This document shows positions 14,159 to 24,573 of a stretch of DNA of 64,000 nt, piece by piece. The notes beneath the pieces are model-generated. The model was not told the origin of the DNA. It ran no database searches and saw only the letters and a list, made by a program, of their open reading frames with translations. The first letter of the stretch is position 1. Each line of letters begins with the position of its first letter. Where the stretch lies: positions 160,001-224,000 of the IMG/VR virus record IMGVR_UViG_3300028888_000047; one strand, 5' to 3'. This stretch comes from a virus (taxonomy: Duplodnaviria; Caudoviricetes). The translations under genes were made by a program, and so were the position numbers.

Positions 14159-14574
14159 AATAATACAGATTCATCTTGAAAAATTCCTGTGCTTTCTGCT
14201 ATTCCGTAGACATCTTTTGTCCATCCAAAACAATTTCCGTCTGTGCTATCAATACGGAAGTATAGTTCTTCATCACGCTCTATAACTTCAGTGCAGCGAT
14301 GAACCATATAGAAATCGCCATATCCGCCTTCTTTCAATGGGTATACAAAATGACAAAATACAGGCTTCCCAACGAAAAATTCCTTATCGACAATTTCTCC
14401 AATAGGAGTAATTTTACAATATTCCATATGAGATATAATAGGATGCATTGAATATCCGCTTTCCCAATGCATAACAGTTTCTCCGTTTTTCAAAGCATCA
14501 AGAATTTCTTTTCCATCTTGTACTACTCTATATCCTTTAACCTCTTTTGGCTCGTTTACAATTTCCTTTTTCAT
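14149..14574 (-). CDS. hypothetical protein (weak S24/S26 peptidase-like motifs)
   Basis: SGYSMHPII and MVHR motifs; start moved to ATG 14574. Confidence 0.65.
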   Translation of the reverse strand: MKKEIVNEPKEVKGYRVVQDGKEILDALKNGETVMHWESGYSMHPIISHMEYCKITPIGEIVDKEFFVGKPVFCHFVYPLKEGGYGDFYMVHRCTEVIERDEELYFRIDSTDGNCFGWTKDVYGIAESTGIFQDESVLLWN

Positions 14575-14579
14575 TTTAT

Positions 14580-15692
14580 TTAATATTCTAATATTTGTAA
14601 CCCATTCCATTCTCCAACACGTGGACCAAATATTTTGTCCATTCTAGAAAAATGCTTATCAAGTGATTTAAACACTCTATCTATGTCATCTGAAGACATT
14701 TCTTTTTTCTTTGGCTTAGGTTGATTTTCATCATTTGATTCATCCCATTTCACACCAATGACATCATCAACGTCTTTACCATCCAATGCAGTATGAGCCA
14801 CGCCTACAATTCCATCAGGCGTGTTTGCATTAAGGGATTGTTTTGTAAGGTCAACTTCAACATAGATGTTATGTTTATCATCGCAAATAGAAAAAACCTT
14901 ACTACCGTTATCTCTACCAACTATTTTGAATGGTAATTGCTCTCCTATTCTAAATCCTGCACATCCATTATCTGTTGATATGTTTTGTCTTGCAAATATT
15001 GTAAGGGATGAAATGAAATCGTTTGTAGGAATCATTGCCCCAGTAGGGGTTATAATATGGGAATTATTATATGGAGAAAAGCCGTGCAATTCCAATATAA
15101 TTTTCCTTATAGTTCCATCTATTTCAGATGTAGGATATGTTGACATATTACAATAATCAATCCACATTTTTTCGTCAACAATATCATCAACATCTACCCT
15201 TTCAAAACCACTGTTTATTGGCCAAAGTTCAAAACCAGGACTATATTTCAACCCCATCATTTTACACATTGATGGTGATATTGAAAATGTGCGTCTTCCT
15301 GTTGTATTTACTCCTTCTATAAGATTTCCATTTTCATCAATACTAACTTCTCTCAGTATTAACGAATCTAGATTAACGCCTTTATATTCTCTTATTACTC
15401 CATATAGCTTAAAATACAAACGGCCAAATTCAACCCCTTCAACAGATTCTTTTCCCAATGAATATATAGCGCCAGGAACAAATTCGTTTCCATTTGCGTC
15501 ATCAGCTTTTTCTCCCCTTAACATTTCAACATCTACATCAAGTAGTTGCATAAGGGAAAGTGATTCATTAGAAAGAGTAACCCATTTAGGCTTATTTGAA
15601 GTATAATCTATCAAATCATTTTGAAACACAACGTCACTTTCAAGTTTAAATCCTAAAGGTCTTCCTATTTTTGGGTGTATTATTTTTGCCAT
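14580..15692 (-). CDS. hypothetical protein
   Basis: 370 aa ORF. Confidence 0.8.
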   Translation of the reverse strand: MAKIIHPKIGRPLGFKLESDVVFQNDLIDYTSNKPKWVTLSNESLSLMQLLDVDVEMLRGEKADDANGNEFVPGAIYSLGKESVEGVEFGRLYFKLYGVIREYKGVNLDSLILREVSIDENGNLIEGVNTTGRRTFSISPSMCKMMGLKYSPGFELWPINSGFERVDVDDIVDEKMWIDYCNMSTYPTSEIDGTIRKIILELHGFSPYNNSHIITPTGAMIPTNDFISSLTIFARQNISTDNGCAGFRIGEQLPFKIVGRDNGSKVFSICDDKHNIYVEVDLTKQSLNANTPDGIVGVAHTALDGKDVDDVIGVKWDESNDENQPKPKKKEMSSDDIDRVFKSLDKHFSRMDKIFGPRVGEWNGLQILEY

Positions 15693-15750
15693 ATTTATTT
15701 TAGCATTTAAAAATCCCTCACATTTTGCAAGGGATTTATTGTTTTATTTT

Positions 15751-17115
15751 TTATCGTGGTCCTCCATCTGAAGTACCATCAACAGAATATTTAGCTTCAA
15801 TTGCAGCAGCACTTGTCGCTTTACTATCAATTGCCACACCTGACATCATAGAATCAAGTTCGGCTCTCATCTTAGCCATTTCACGCTCATTATTCAAACG
15901 CTCCTTTGCTGCTTCGTCAATAATGCGCAAACAATCGCTAGTGGTTTGTTTAATTTTCTCTTGATTATGCTTAAGAGTTTCAAGCTTAATTGATGGGCTT
16001 TCAGTCATCTTAGTAACACGAACCTTAAGGTCGTGCGTAGCATCTGCATTGTGCGTAAGAATTTCATTAAAGCCATCAATCATAACCTCATGTGCTTTAA
16101 GACCTTGTTCAAGATTGTATAGATATACTGCTTGCTGCAACTGGTCGCGAAGCATTGGCATCATATTATCAATATCCTGAGAAATTGAATTACTATGAGC
16201 AATGTTCGCGTCTTGTATGTCACGAATACGGAACAATGATTGATTGAATGACAAATGCCACGTTAGCATTGCTTCAACTCTTTTATCAAGTTCGTGCTTA
16301 AAGTTTCTTGTATCATGAATATCGATTGCTGAATACTTGTCTGGCTGTGACTCCATTACTTCAAGGGCTTTTCCATATTCCTCAGATTTTAGTTTTGCTG
16401 CGATAATCAACTTTTCCAAAACCTCAATATATGAAATTGTTTCTTGGAATCTCTGCTCCAATTCAGTATTATCACGAAGTGCAATTGCCTGTGCAGCGTG
16501 AAGTTTCTCTTGCATCATTTCGACATCCTTTTCCAAATTCTCACATTTGGTTATGAACTTCTGAATTGAGAAAAACATCTTATTGAGCAAAGGAATTTCA
16601 CGAATAGTTCTAACAAACCAATTTGGCTTCTTAATTTCATCCAAATCAATTGTTACAAGCTTCGCACTGATGGCTTTCATAATAGATTGCGTTTCTTCTC
16701 CAAGCTTCGCAGAAGAACCACGTTTCATCAAATCCTTAGTGCTTCTATTCAATTGCTCGCTAAGTTCGGCTCCATAGTTGGAAATTGACATCTTATCATG
16801 AACGTCAAGCTTCTTACCAATGTTGTGATATTCCTCTAATTCACTGGGAGTGAACTCAGACATGTTAACAACGCCGTCGTCGTTAATTCGTCTAAAAGTG
16901 GTTACTTTCTTTTCCTTGGAATCGAGTATTTTAGCGACTGCTTTAGTTGTATCGCCAACAGTGCTTTTCTTTTCTGTTATTTCGCTAATAACAGCAGAAA
17001 CCTCACGTGTATTGGTTGCTGACTTTTTTCGTGTTCTTTTAGGCTTTTCAGCCACCTGAGTAGATGCCACTGTTACCTCTACAACAGGAGTTTCGGTCTT
17101 TTTCTTACTTGCCAT
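15751..17115 (-). CDS. toxic anion resistance protein (TelA family)
   Basis: ISNYGAE, LRDNTELE, IIAAKLK, IQDANIAH...MMPM pattern; start moved to ATG 17115, after the promoter. Confidence 0.8.
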   Translation of the reverse strand: MASKKKTETPVVEVTVASTQVAEKPKRTRKKSATNTREVSAVISEITEKKSTVGDTTKAVAKILDSKEKKVTTFRRINDDGVVNMSEFTPSELEEYHNIGKKLDVHDKMSISNYGAELSEQLNRSTKDLMKRGSSAKLGEETQSIMKAISAKLVTIDLDEIKKPNWFVRTIREIPLLNKMFFSIQKFITKCENLEKDVEMMQEKLHAAQAIALRDNTELEQRFQETISYIEVLEKLIIAAKLKSEEYGKALEVMESQPDKYSAIDIHDTRNFKHELDKRVEAMLTWHLSFNQSLFRIRDIQDANIAHSNSISQDIDNMMPMLRDQLQQAVYLYNLEQGLKAHEVMIDGFNEILTHNADATHDLKVRVTKMTESPSIKLETLKHNQEKIKQTTSDCLRIIDEAAKERLNNEREMAKMRAELDSMMSGVAIDSKATSAAAIEAKYSVDGTSDGGPR

Positions 17116-17197
17116 ATTATATCTAATCAATATTAAACGATTTATGCAAATATACAAAAAAAATACCAAGAAAAAAAATCTTTGGCGTTAAATATTG

Positions 17198-17551
17198 TTA
17201 AATAGTTGGCTTAAATTTGTAAAACAAATCATAGTAAAACGAAGTTGTTTTATCAAAGTTGATATAATGCCCACTTTGACCGCCCCACATATTCCAACCG
17301 CTGTTTTCAAAATGCCCAATTAAATAAAAAATATCAGTATTTGATTTGATAATATTTATTGCCCCTTGAATTCCTGTATGATGCTTTTTCATCACTAATG
17401 AAATAAAACGTTTAAATTCACCAGATTCTTTTAAACACCTTAAAAGCTTTCTATGTGGTGGCAATGTCATATATTCTTTTTTAGCAATAAGCTCTTTATT
17501 TAGGCTTCTTAAAGCCTTTTCTTTTTTTCTTTTTTTGCTGCTTTTACTCAT
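17198..17551 (-). CDS. hypothetical protein (LKESG paralogue family)
   Basis: LKESGEFKRF; promoter at 17580. Confidence 0.7.
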   Translation of the reverse strand: MSKSSKKRKKEKALRSLNKELIAKKEYMTLPPHRKLLRCLKESGEFKRFISLVMKKHHTGIQGAINIIKSNTDIFYLIGHFENSGWNMWGGQSGHYINFDKTTSFYYDLFYKFKPTI

Positions 17552-17656
17552 ACTAATTAATCAATATGATATACTCAATCAAAGATACAAAAAAAACACG
17601 AAATAACCAAATATTTCGTGTTAAATAATGTTAAAAATTATTATATTACGCATTTA

Positions 17657-18085
17657 TTAGAATGGTAAATCATCTTCAGGCTCCTTAGCTATTGTTGTTT
17701 CTGCAACGACAGGCTCTTTCAACTTACCGGTACTAACTGTGGTTTCTGTTGTGGTTGTAGCGCCATCAGTACCATTGCTACTTTTGCCACCAACGTAGTT
17801 AATGCTATCAGCAAACACATCTATTGATATTGCAGTTTCACCTGCCTTAGTTGTGTAGGTGCTTGCTTTTAGCGTGCCGGTTATAAACACATGACTTCCC
17901 TTCAATAACTTCTTATTACCTACCAACGATTGACTTGCAGTAACCTTAACCCATGTTGTTGTTTCCTGCTGAGTTTTCTTGTCATAATCGTTTGTTGCTA
18001 CTCTAAACGACACAAATTGTCCGTTCTGCGTTTCAAATGTTTCAGCATCTGCGCCCAAATGCCCAGTAAATGTTGTTTTAATCAT
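17657..18085 (-). CDS. ssb: single-stranded DNA-binding protein
   Basis: GHLGADAE, FRVATN, KGSHVFITGTL, acidic EDDLPF tail. Confidence 0.93.
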   Translation of the reverse strand: MIKTTFTGHLGADAETFETQNGQFVSFRVATNDYDKKTQQETTTWVKVTASQSLVGNKKLLKGSHVFITGTLKASTYTTKAGETAISIDVFADSINYVGGKSSNGTDGATTTTETTVSTGKLKEPVVAETTIAKEPEDDLPF

Positions 18086-18105
18086 ATCTGTAAAATATTT
18101 TTTAG

Positions 18106-18354
18106 TTAAGTAAATAAATAAATTTCTTCCCCGTTATCAGATAATTCCCATTTATTATCTGTTAATAACTCTTGTTTAAATTCCTTATCAACTAAATCAT
18201 TTAAGTTTACTTTGTAAAAATAATCATTAGTTTCCCTGTTAATTTCAAATGTAACATCTGCAACTTTTTTTAGTTGTTCCAATTGTATTAATGGTAATGT
18301 TGCATTTGTCTTTTTTCCATTTTTTATTAATTCTTTTAATTCATCTATTTTCAT
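18106..18354 (-). CDS. hypothetical protein
   Basis: Start at ATG 18354, after the promoter at 18376. Confidence 0.7.
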   Translation of the reverse strand: MKIDELKELIKNGKKTNATLPLIQLEQLKKVADVTFEINRETNDYFYKVNLNDLVDKEFKQELLTDNKWELSDNGEEIYLFT

Positions 18355-18431
18355 TTTACTTTTTTTAACACAATACAAATATACAAAAAAAAATTGAAGA
18401 ACAAAATTATTCTCCAACTTTTTTTTAATTT

Positions 18432-19352
18432 TTATTCTATGGTGTACTTTTTTACAATTTCACCTCTGAATATGTCAATGGGAATTGGGTGTGGCAATCT
18501 TTTAAATTCAGAATTAACCGAACGCATAATAACACGTTTTACATTATCTTCTCCATATTTCTCAACCAATGTTTTAAAAATAGTTCCTTTCTGATTAAAC
18601 CCATCCTTTAAATATGACTCTTTAATTCTGTTATCAAGAGTTACCCAAGGCATAAGAATTGCATCAACATCGTTATATGTAAAACCAGGCATAATTTGGT
18701 CTAAATCAGAATTTGATACACCATTGCCATCAGTAGGTGTAATCTCAATAGCAACCTTTAAAGCCTCAGAACCTTTATAAACCTCTTTATAAAGGTAATT
18801 AGCCAAGCCATATACTTCGGTCTTCCAAAGGTTTCCAATTGGGTTTAAATCGCCAACATCACCATTTACTGTAAAGAACCCCAAATAATGTTCAGTTAAA
18901 TTATCAGTATCAATTACAATACCCCCATGTTTACTTGCAATGTCATAGAGTGTAATCATTCTAAGACGAGCCTTTATATTACCCTGAGAAATATTTGTAC
19001 TTTTAACCCCTGAAGCCTTTTCACACATTCTCTCAACGCATTCAAATCCTTCTTGAATGTTGAATTCAGAAAACTCATTGCAAAATTCCTTACCCGCCAA
19101 TGCAGCAGAAGAAACTTCATCACCTTTATTTGTTGAACATGGTAAACTAATTCCGACCAAAGGAATGCCTATCTTTTCATTTACCTTTTTACAAATAGCC
19201 GCGCACACAGTTGAATCAAGTCCGCCACTCAGTCCTAATACCATTGCCTTAATACCATTATCGGTTAAATACTTTGCTGTGGTGTTAACAATTGTTTCAA
19301 ACACACTCTTGTAATCAAGAGGCTCACTTCTACCTATTATCATAACTTTCAA
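18432..19352 (-). CDS. nadE: NH3-dependent NAD+ synthetase
   Basis: LGLSGGLDS, GNIKARLRM, GFFTVNGD, LWKTEVY. Confidence 0.93.
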   Translation of the reverse strand: MKVMIIGRSEPLDYKSVFETIVNTTAKYLTDNGIKAMVLGLSGGLDSTVCAAICKKVNEKIGIPLVGISLPCSTNKGDEVSSAALAGKEFCNEFSEFNIQEGFECVERMCEKASGVKSTNISQGNIKARLRMITLYDIASKHGGIVIDTDNLTEHYLGFFTVNGDVGDLNPIGNLWKTEVYGLANYLYKEVYKGSEALKVAIEITPTDGNGVSNSDLDQIMPGFTYNDVDAILMPWVTLDNRIKESYLKDGFNQKGTIFKTLVEKYGEDNVKRVIMRSVNSEFKRLPHPIPIDIFRGEIVKKYTIE

Positions 19353-20013
19353 TTAATAATTTATTTCTTTCTTTATCTTTTTTTTCTTTATTTACATATG
19401 CCAAAAATTCCCTAGATATAAAGTTCGTATGTACTTTTTTCTCATCATAGAATTTAGCATCTTTAATAAGAGGTATCATTGCTAAGAAGTTTTTCTCCAT
19501 GATTTTCAAAGAGAACATTCCTTCCTTATCAAACTGAATTTCTTCAGGCTTATCTCCGTATATTTCGTTAACATATGAGCCGCCAACCATTATTGCATTG
19601 TGCATTTGAAAAACCTTCATCATTTGGTCAAAACAATTGGTATTTCCCGTTCTTCTACTCACACTAAAGAATGAACATAACTTATGTTCTATTAATTTAG
19701 GCCTTGAATAAAACAGCCTTGTGATAAACGCTTGCAACTGTGACGTGATGGAATAATAGTATACAGGGCTTCCTATTATAATCCCATCTGAATGCTCAAT
19801 AACTTCTTCTACAAGAGGTAGGAATGTGTCTACCTTACATACAGTGTTATTATCCTTACATTTCCTACAATTAACACAATGTTTTATATCAGAAGGAATA
19901 TCTATTGTGACTACTTCTACGCAATCATGCTTAAACAAGTCAGATAGATAGTCAACGCAAGCCCTTGTACAACCGTTAGCGGAAGGAGAACCGTTTATAA
20001 TAGTTACCCTCAT
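19330..20013 (-). CDS. flavodoxin-like iron-sulfur flavoprotein / FMN reductase
   Basis: INGSPSANGCT, CVNCRKC...C, GSPVYY. Confidence 0.88.
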   Translation of the reverse strand: MRVTIINGSPSANGCTRACVDYLSDLFKHDCVEVVTIDIPSDIKHCVNCRKCKDNNTVCKVDTFLPLVEEVIEHSDGIIIGSPVYYYSITSQLQAFITRLFYSRPKLIEHKLCSFFSVSRRTGNTNCFDQMMKVFQMHNAIMVGGSYVNEIYGDKPEEIQFDKEGMFSLKIMEKNFLAMIPLIKDAKFYDEKKVHTNFISREFLAYVNKEKKDKERNKLLIESYDNR

Positions 20014-20984
20014 TGTTTTTCCATACTAAGAAGTGCATTACCACAAGTAATTCTATCTTCATCCTCTTCCTTAGAAGGGATAAATACAATTACATCCCAT
20101 CCTGCCTCAATTAATGGCTGCTCAAACTGCTTATAGACATCATACTTATAATATCCTTCAGGAGTGTTAATACCATTCTCATTTGCTTCATTTGTCTCAT
20201 GAATGGGAGTAATCTTAACAATAAACTTATTCTTGTCGAATAACTCATCAAGAGTCTTTGGGTCAAGAATTGTTTTATCTGTTACAGGAAAATTAAGTGT
20301 ATACTTACGCCCAACCGGCATCGGAAGTTCTTTGGCAATATCAGAAATTTCCTTTAGCGACAAAGACCTATTTCTAAACAATTCATTACGCTGAGTTTCA
20401 TCAGTAGAATTGATAGATAATTGTAATCCTGCTTCTCCCTTATAATCTTCGTTCTTAATTGAACAGAACTCAAGAAGAATATCCTTAAGTTTATCTTTGC
20501 CAACTCCTTTTGGACACATCGTTGTGAATACAGGATGAATCGCATCTGCCTTCATTTTTGAATTGACCAAATTCCTCAAGTCCTCTCTCATAAAATCAAA
20601 TACGTTCCTTGCGTTGAATGCAGGTTCTCCCATACGAGCAAAGTGTAGATTAAATCGTGCTGTATAATTACACTTTGACGCATTTATAGACCTTTCAACT
20701 TGCTCGTAAAGTTCTTCCCTTGATGCATTACCACCAAACTTAACCTTTGGGCAGTCACAAAACATACAAGCCATAGGACAGCCCTTCTGTGTTGAAATTG
20801 TTACAACCAACTTATAACCGAGGTCTACTTCATGGTGTTTAACTTGATTAATCTCTTTTGTAAGACCAAGGAAATTTGCCTTAATGTTATTTTCCTTACC
20901 GTAATCTCCTACATATAGGTATTCCAACTTTTTCTCTGTGTCGCAAAAAATTGCTCCAGTACGTGTTTTAAATTCTTTAATCAT
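20010..20984 (-). CDS. RlmN/Cfr-like radical SAM RNA methyltransferase
   Basis: ISTQKGCPMACMFC, ARMGEP, LQLSINS, C-terminal TCG (methyl-carrier Cys position). Confidence 0.78.
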   Translation of the reverse strand: MIKEFKTRTGAIFCDTEKKLEYLYVGDYGKENNIKANFLGLTKEINQVKHHEVDLGYKLVVTISTQKGCPMACMFCDCPKVKFGGNASREELYEQVERSINASKCNYTARFNLHFARMGEPAFNARNVFDFMREDLRNLVNSKMKADAIHPVFTTMCPKGVGKDKLKDILLEFCSIKNEDYKGEAGLQLSINSTDETQRNELFRNRSLSLKEISDIAKELPMPVGRKYTLNFPVTDKTILDPKTLDELFDKNKFIVKITPIHETNEANENGINTPEGYYKYDVYKQFEQPLIEAGWDVIVFIPSKEEDEDRITCGNALLSMEKQ

Positions 20985-20985
20985 A

Positions 20986-21225
20986 TTATTCAGTTTCAGT
21001 TATTTCTTCAATAATTTCTTCTTGTGCTTTTTCCTTTCGTTTTTTAAGAAAATCCCTGAGCCACAAAATGCCAAATACAGCAGCAGCCCACATTAATACC
21101 TTCTTCCAAGAGAAACCAAGCATTCCACCTATAATGCTCATAATTGCATCAATAATAAGTAGTATAATTGCAAGTTCTCCTAATAGAAGTATTAAATACC
21201 AACCTTTCTCAAGTAATTCTTCCAT
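20986..21225 (-). CDS. small membrane protein
   Basis: Two hydrophobic segments. Confidence 0.75.
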   Translation of the reverse strand: MEELLEKGWYLILLLGELAIILLIIDAIMSIIGGMLGFSWKKVLMWAAAVFGILWLRDFLKKRKEKAQEEIIEEITETE

Positions 21226-21227
21226 AT

Positions 21228-22262
21228 TTATTGCGTTTTAACAAATGAATATCCACTGTTAACATTTACTTTTGCTTCTTCTATCAAAATTAAACAACAA
21301 CTTAACACGCTGTGTTTTCTACCTTTTGTGTACAAATCATCAACATTAACTCTTGTCTTTGTTTCTCCTGTTATTTTACCTAATGAAATAAATGGACTGC
21401 CACTGCCACCTGATACTGCATATGCTACCGTATCTCCATAATGAAGCTGTTTTTCTCTTTTATCTGTGAATGAAATTGGTTTTCCATCGTGGTTAGACAT
21501 TGCTTTAATGTATTTATCTGTGGCGCTTTTCTGCTTTCTATTTTTACGTTCAGAAATCGCTTTTATTGCGTCCTTTTCATCAATGAAAAATCTCTTGCAT
21601 CCTTTATCTCCTTTAAAAGGATAGTCATAGAAATAATTATCAATTTGTTCTGATAGTTTATCTTCCCATATACTTTCTCCAACTATTATAAAGCCATTAT
21701 CTCCAAAGCAAATTTCATATTCGTTTTCCCCATCTTCGTGATTTTTTATTTCTGTAAACGTGATAGCGATAGGTTTATCTTGTGTTTCTGACGAAATATA
21801 ATAAACAACAGTTCCTGGCTTTAATAGCTTGAAGCACTTACCTTCTCTAAGTTTTGCTTGCCATTCTTTTGCCTCATCTTCAGTGGTGAAAAAACGCCCA
21901 ATGTGGCTTCTATTCCCTTTATATTTAAAATTCTTTATTTTATTGATTACTTTTTCATTATTTTTTGCAAGTTCAGCATTTCTATATGCACCAGGAACAA
22001 AAGTTTTAGTTCCTTCTATGTCTTTTGAATATCTAATACTTCTAGTGCTCCAACTTTTATATCTTTCCTTAACTATAATAGGAATAATTTCAAAATTATT
22101 GGTATCATCTAACATATAGATTATATCTCCTTCATAATCTATACTAATTACTTCATCGTTATTAGATGTTATTTTTTGCGTTTTATACACTTGTTCTGGA
22201 TGATACCTGTTCTCAACAGAAAATTCAACACCGTTTAAATCGTTAAAAGTTTTTTTTGCCAT
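21228..22262 (-). CDS. hypothetical protein
   Basis: 344 aa ORF. Confidence 0.8.
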   Translation of the reverse strand: MAKKTFNDLNGVEFSVENRYHPEQVYKTQKITSNNDEVISIDYEGDIIYMLDDTNNFEIIPIIVKERYKSWSTRSIRYSKDIEGTKTFVPGAYRNAELAKNNEKVINKIKNFKYKGNRSHIGRFFTTEDEAKEWQAKLREGKCFKLLKPGTVVYYISSETQDKPIAITFTEIKNHEDGENEYEICFGDNGFIIVGESIWEDKLSEQIDNYFYDYPFKGDKGCKRFFIDEKDAIKAISERKNRKQKSATDKYIKAMSNHDGKPISFTDKREKQLHYGDTVAYAVSGGSGSPFISLGKITGETKTRVNVDDLYTKGRKHSVLSCCLILIEEAKVNVNSGYSFVKTQ

Positions 22263-22263
22263 G

Positions 22264-22644
22264 TTATTCTTTATATAATATTTTTTTTAAACCATCTATA
22301 TATTCTTTTTCTTCATGAGTAGTCATTTCTCCATAAACTATTTTTTCACCAATTGTTTTCATCTTTTTACTGAGCATAGACCAAAAATCGAACTTTTCTT
22401 TAGTTTTTTCCCAATCAAAAGAATCATTTATGAAAAGATAAAACGTATTTATTAATTTTTCTTCTTCAGACAAAAAATTTCCGCTAAATCTTATTTGTAC
22501 ATAATTCTCTACAAATTTATTAAAACTTAAACCGCTATAACAATGTGACACTCCATATCTTTCCAACTTTTCAAAATTGGCGAAATATGCTCTATAAACT
22601 CCGTTATCCTTTAATATTCTAACGAAAACATCTTTAAAATTCAT
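22264..22644 (-). CDS. hypothetical protein (LKxxGxY...F.W..T....FW family)
   Basis: ILKDNGVYRAYF...SFDWEKTKEKFDFW. Confidence 0.75.
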   Translation of the reverse strand: MNFKDVFVRILKDNGVYRAYFANFEKLERYGVSHCYSGLSFNKFVENYVQIRFSGNFLSEEEKLINTFYLFINDSFDWEKTKEKFDFWSMLSKKMKTIGEKIVYGEMTTHEEKEYIDGLKKILYKE

Positions 22645-22663
22645 AACACAAAGATAACAAAAA

Positions 22664-22691
22664 AACGTGGAATAACCAAATATTCCACGTT
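22664..22691. repeat. palindromic terminator overlapping a promoter; identical copy at about 35223, variant at about 17595
   Basis: AACGTGGAATA-ACCAAA-TATTCCACGTT. Confidence 0.7.
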
Positions 22692-22708
22692 AAATTATGT
22701 TAAAAACA

Positions 22709-22945
22709 CTAATTTTCTTCCTTTTCAAGAGTTTTTGGGTGGAAAATAAGTTGCCTAAGTTCAGGAGATTTTTCAAGTACATCAAGTCTGCGTAGCTCAA
22801 TTATTTTTTTGTTGTCAGACACATACTTTCTTGTTTCACACCACGTCTTTAGATTCGTAGTAACCGGTGATATTGCTCCAAAGAAAACAGCAGCAACAAA
22901 ACAAATAACAAATACTGTTGCCCAAATCAAATTTATCATAACCAT
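22709..22945 (-). CDS. small membrane protein
   Basis: N-terminal transmembrane segment. Confidence 0.7.
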   Translation of the reverse strand: MVMINLIWATVFVICFVAAVFFGAISPVTTNLKTWCETRKYVSDNKKIIELRRLDVLEKSPELRQLIFHPKTLEKEEN

Positions 22946-22958
22946 AAATCCAACAATT

Positions 22959-24245
22959 TTAACAACAAGTGATTAACGTATAATCTTTCTTACCCTTTTG
23001 CAACAGCAAATACTTACCATTGATAAGATTTGCATCAGTTACAAGTTCCTTCTCATTAACCTGCTTTGTCTTGTTAATGGAGAAACCATTGCTCTTGATT
23101 AGTTTTCTTGCCTCAGACTTTGAAGGAACTTTATCGTGCATTGCTGCAAGGTCAATAACAGTAACACCACTTGTGAACTGCTCCTTATTAACCTCGACGG
23201 TTGGAACACCATTCATTGCTGCCAAGAATGTCTTTTCATCCAACTTTTCAATGTCAGCCATTGTTCCCTTCCCAAAAAGAATTTCAGAAGTTTCAACAGC
23301 CTTGTTGTATTCTTCCTCAGAGTGAACAAGACAAGTCATATATTTCGCAAGAGTAGACTGCAATAAACGCTTCTCAGGTACTTCCCTGTGTTGCTCAATT
23401 AGTTTGTTAATTTCATCAATATCAATCAACGTGAACAGTTTTATGAAACGTTCAGAATCAGCGTCGCTTTGATTAAGCCAAAACTGATAGAACTCATAAG
23501 GGGTGGTTTTTTTAGCATCCAACCAAATATTACCCTTTTCCGACTTGCCAAATTTAGAGCCATCAGCTTTAGTTACAAGTGGCCAAGTAAGAACGCATGC
23601 ATCGTCCTTTTTCAGCATCTTATGAATAAGTTCAATACCTGTTGTTCCATTTCCGTACTGGTCACTTCCTCCAATTTGAAGTTTACAATTGTATTTTCTG
23701 TAAAGTTCAACAAAATCATTGCCTTGAATGAGCTGATATGTAAATTCTGTAAAAGACATTCCGCTGCCCTCGCGTTCCAAACGCTTTTTCACAGAATCCT
23801 TTGCCATCATATAATTCACAGTAATACATTTACCAACCTCACGGGCGAAATCAATGAAAGACATATTTTTCATCCAATCATAATTGTTGACCATAATTGC
23901 AGCGTTTGGCGCTGTAGAATTAAAATCTAACAACTTGGAAACTTGCGAACGAATTCCTTCGACATTATGAGCAACCGTTTCTGGGCTTAAAAGTTTACGC
24001 TCTTCAGATTTGAATGAAGGGTCGCCAATAAAGGCTGTGGCTCCGCCAAGCAAAACAATAGGCTTATGACCATGTTTTTGTAAAAGTTTTGCTGTTGTAA
24101 AGGCCAACAAGTGTCCTAAATGAAGGCTATCCGCCGTTGGGTCTGTTCCAACGTAGAAAGTTGTTGGTTTACTAAGCAACTCAACGAGGTTGCCTGATTT
24201 GCTTGCGATAAGCCCTCTAAATTCAAGTTCTTCTAATAGTGTCAT
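22959..24245 (-). CDS. tyrS: tyrosine--tRNA ligase
   Basis: DPTADSLHLGH (HIGH), GGSDQYGN, KFGKS (KMSKS), C-terminal S4 domain. Confidence 0.97.
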   Translation of the reverse strand: MTLLEELEFRGLIASKSGNLVELLSKPTTFYVGTDPTADSLHLGHLLAFTTAKLLQKHGHKPIVLLGGATAFIGDPSFKSEERKLLSPETVAHNVEGIRSQVSKLLDFNSTAPNAAIMVNNYDWMKNMSFIDFAREVGKCITVNYMMAKDSVKKRLEREGSGMSFTEFTYQLIQGNDFVELYRKYNCKLQIGGSDQYGNGTTGIELIHKMLKKDDACVLTWPLVTKADGSKFGKSEKGNIWLDAKKTTPYEFYQFWLNQSDADSERFIKLFTLIDIDEINKLIEQHREVPEKRLLQSTLAKYMTCLVHSEEEYNKAVETSEILFGKGTMADIEKLDEKTFLAAMNGVPTVEVNKEQFTSGVTVIDLAAMHDKVPSKSEARKLIKSNGFSINKTKQVNEKELVTDANLINGKYLLLQKGKKDYTLITCC

Positions 24246-24258
24246 TTTTTATGCTAAT

Positions 24259-24432
24259 TTAATTTACAGATTCAATTGGTATTTTAGGTTTGCAAATCAT
24301 TTGCAGCACAAGATTATCCATTTCAACGCTTGTTAATCCAAAACGCTTTTTCTCCTTCATACAGCCACTCTTATTGCAGCATTTTCCTTTGTTCTTGTGC
24401 TTTTTATGCCTTTTCTTGTAGAAAAACATCAT
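24259..24432 (-). CDS. small basic hypothetical protein (57 aa)
   Basis: MMFFYKKRHKKHKNKGKCCNKSGC...; after the promoter at 24461. Confidence 0.5.
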   Translation of the reverse strand: MMFFYKKRHKKHKNKGKCCNKSGCMKEKKRFGLTSVEMDNLVLQMICKPKIPIESVN

Positions 24433-24573
24433 GTCAACTTCTTTTAATCAATGTATAGTGCAAAGATACAAAAAAAATAGCAAAAAAAGAATTTTTTTAT
24501 GTTAATTAAACTTAAAAATGAGCAGCACCTCACGATGCTGCTCATTTATTTTCAGTACACTATGGCATCATTC

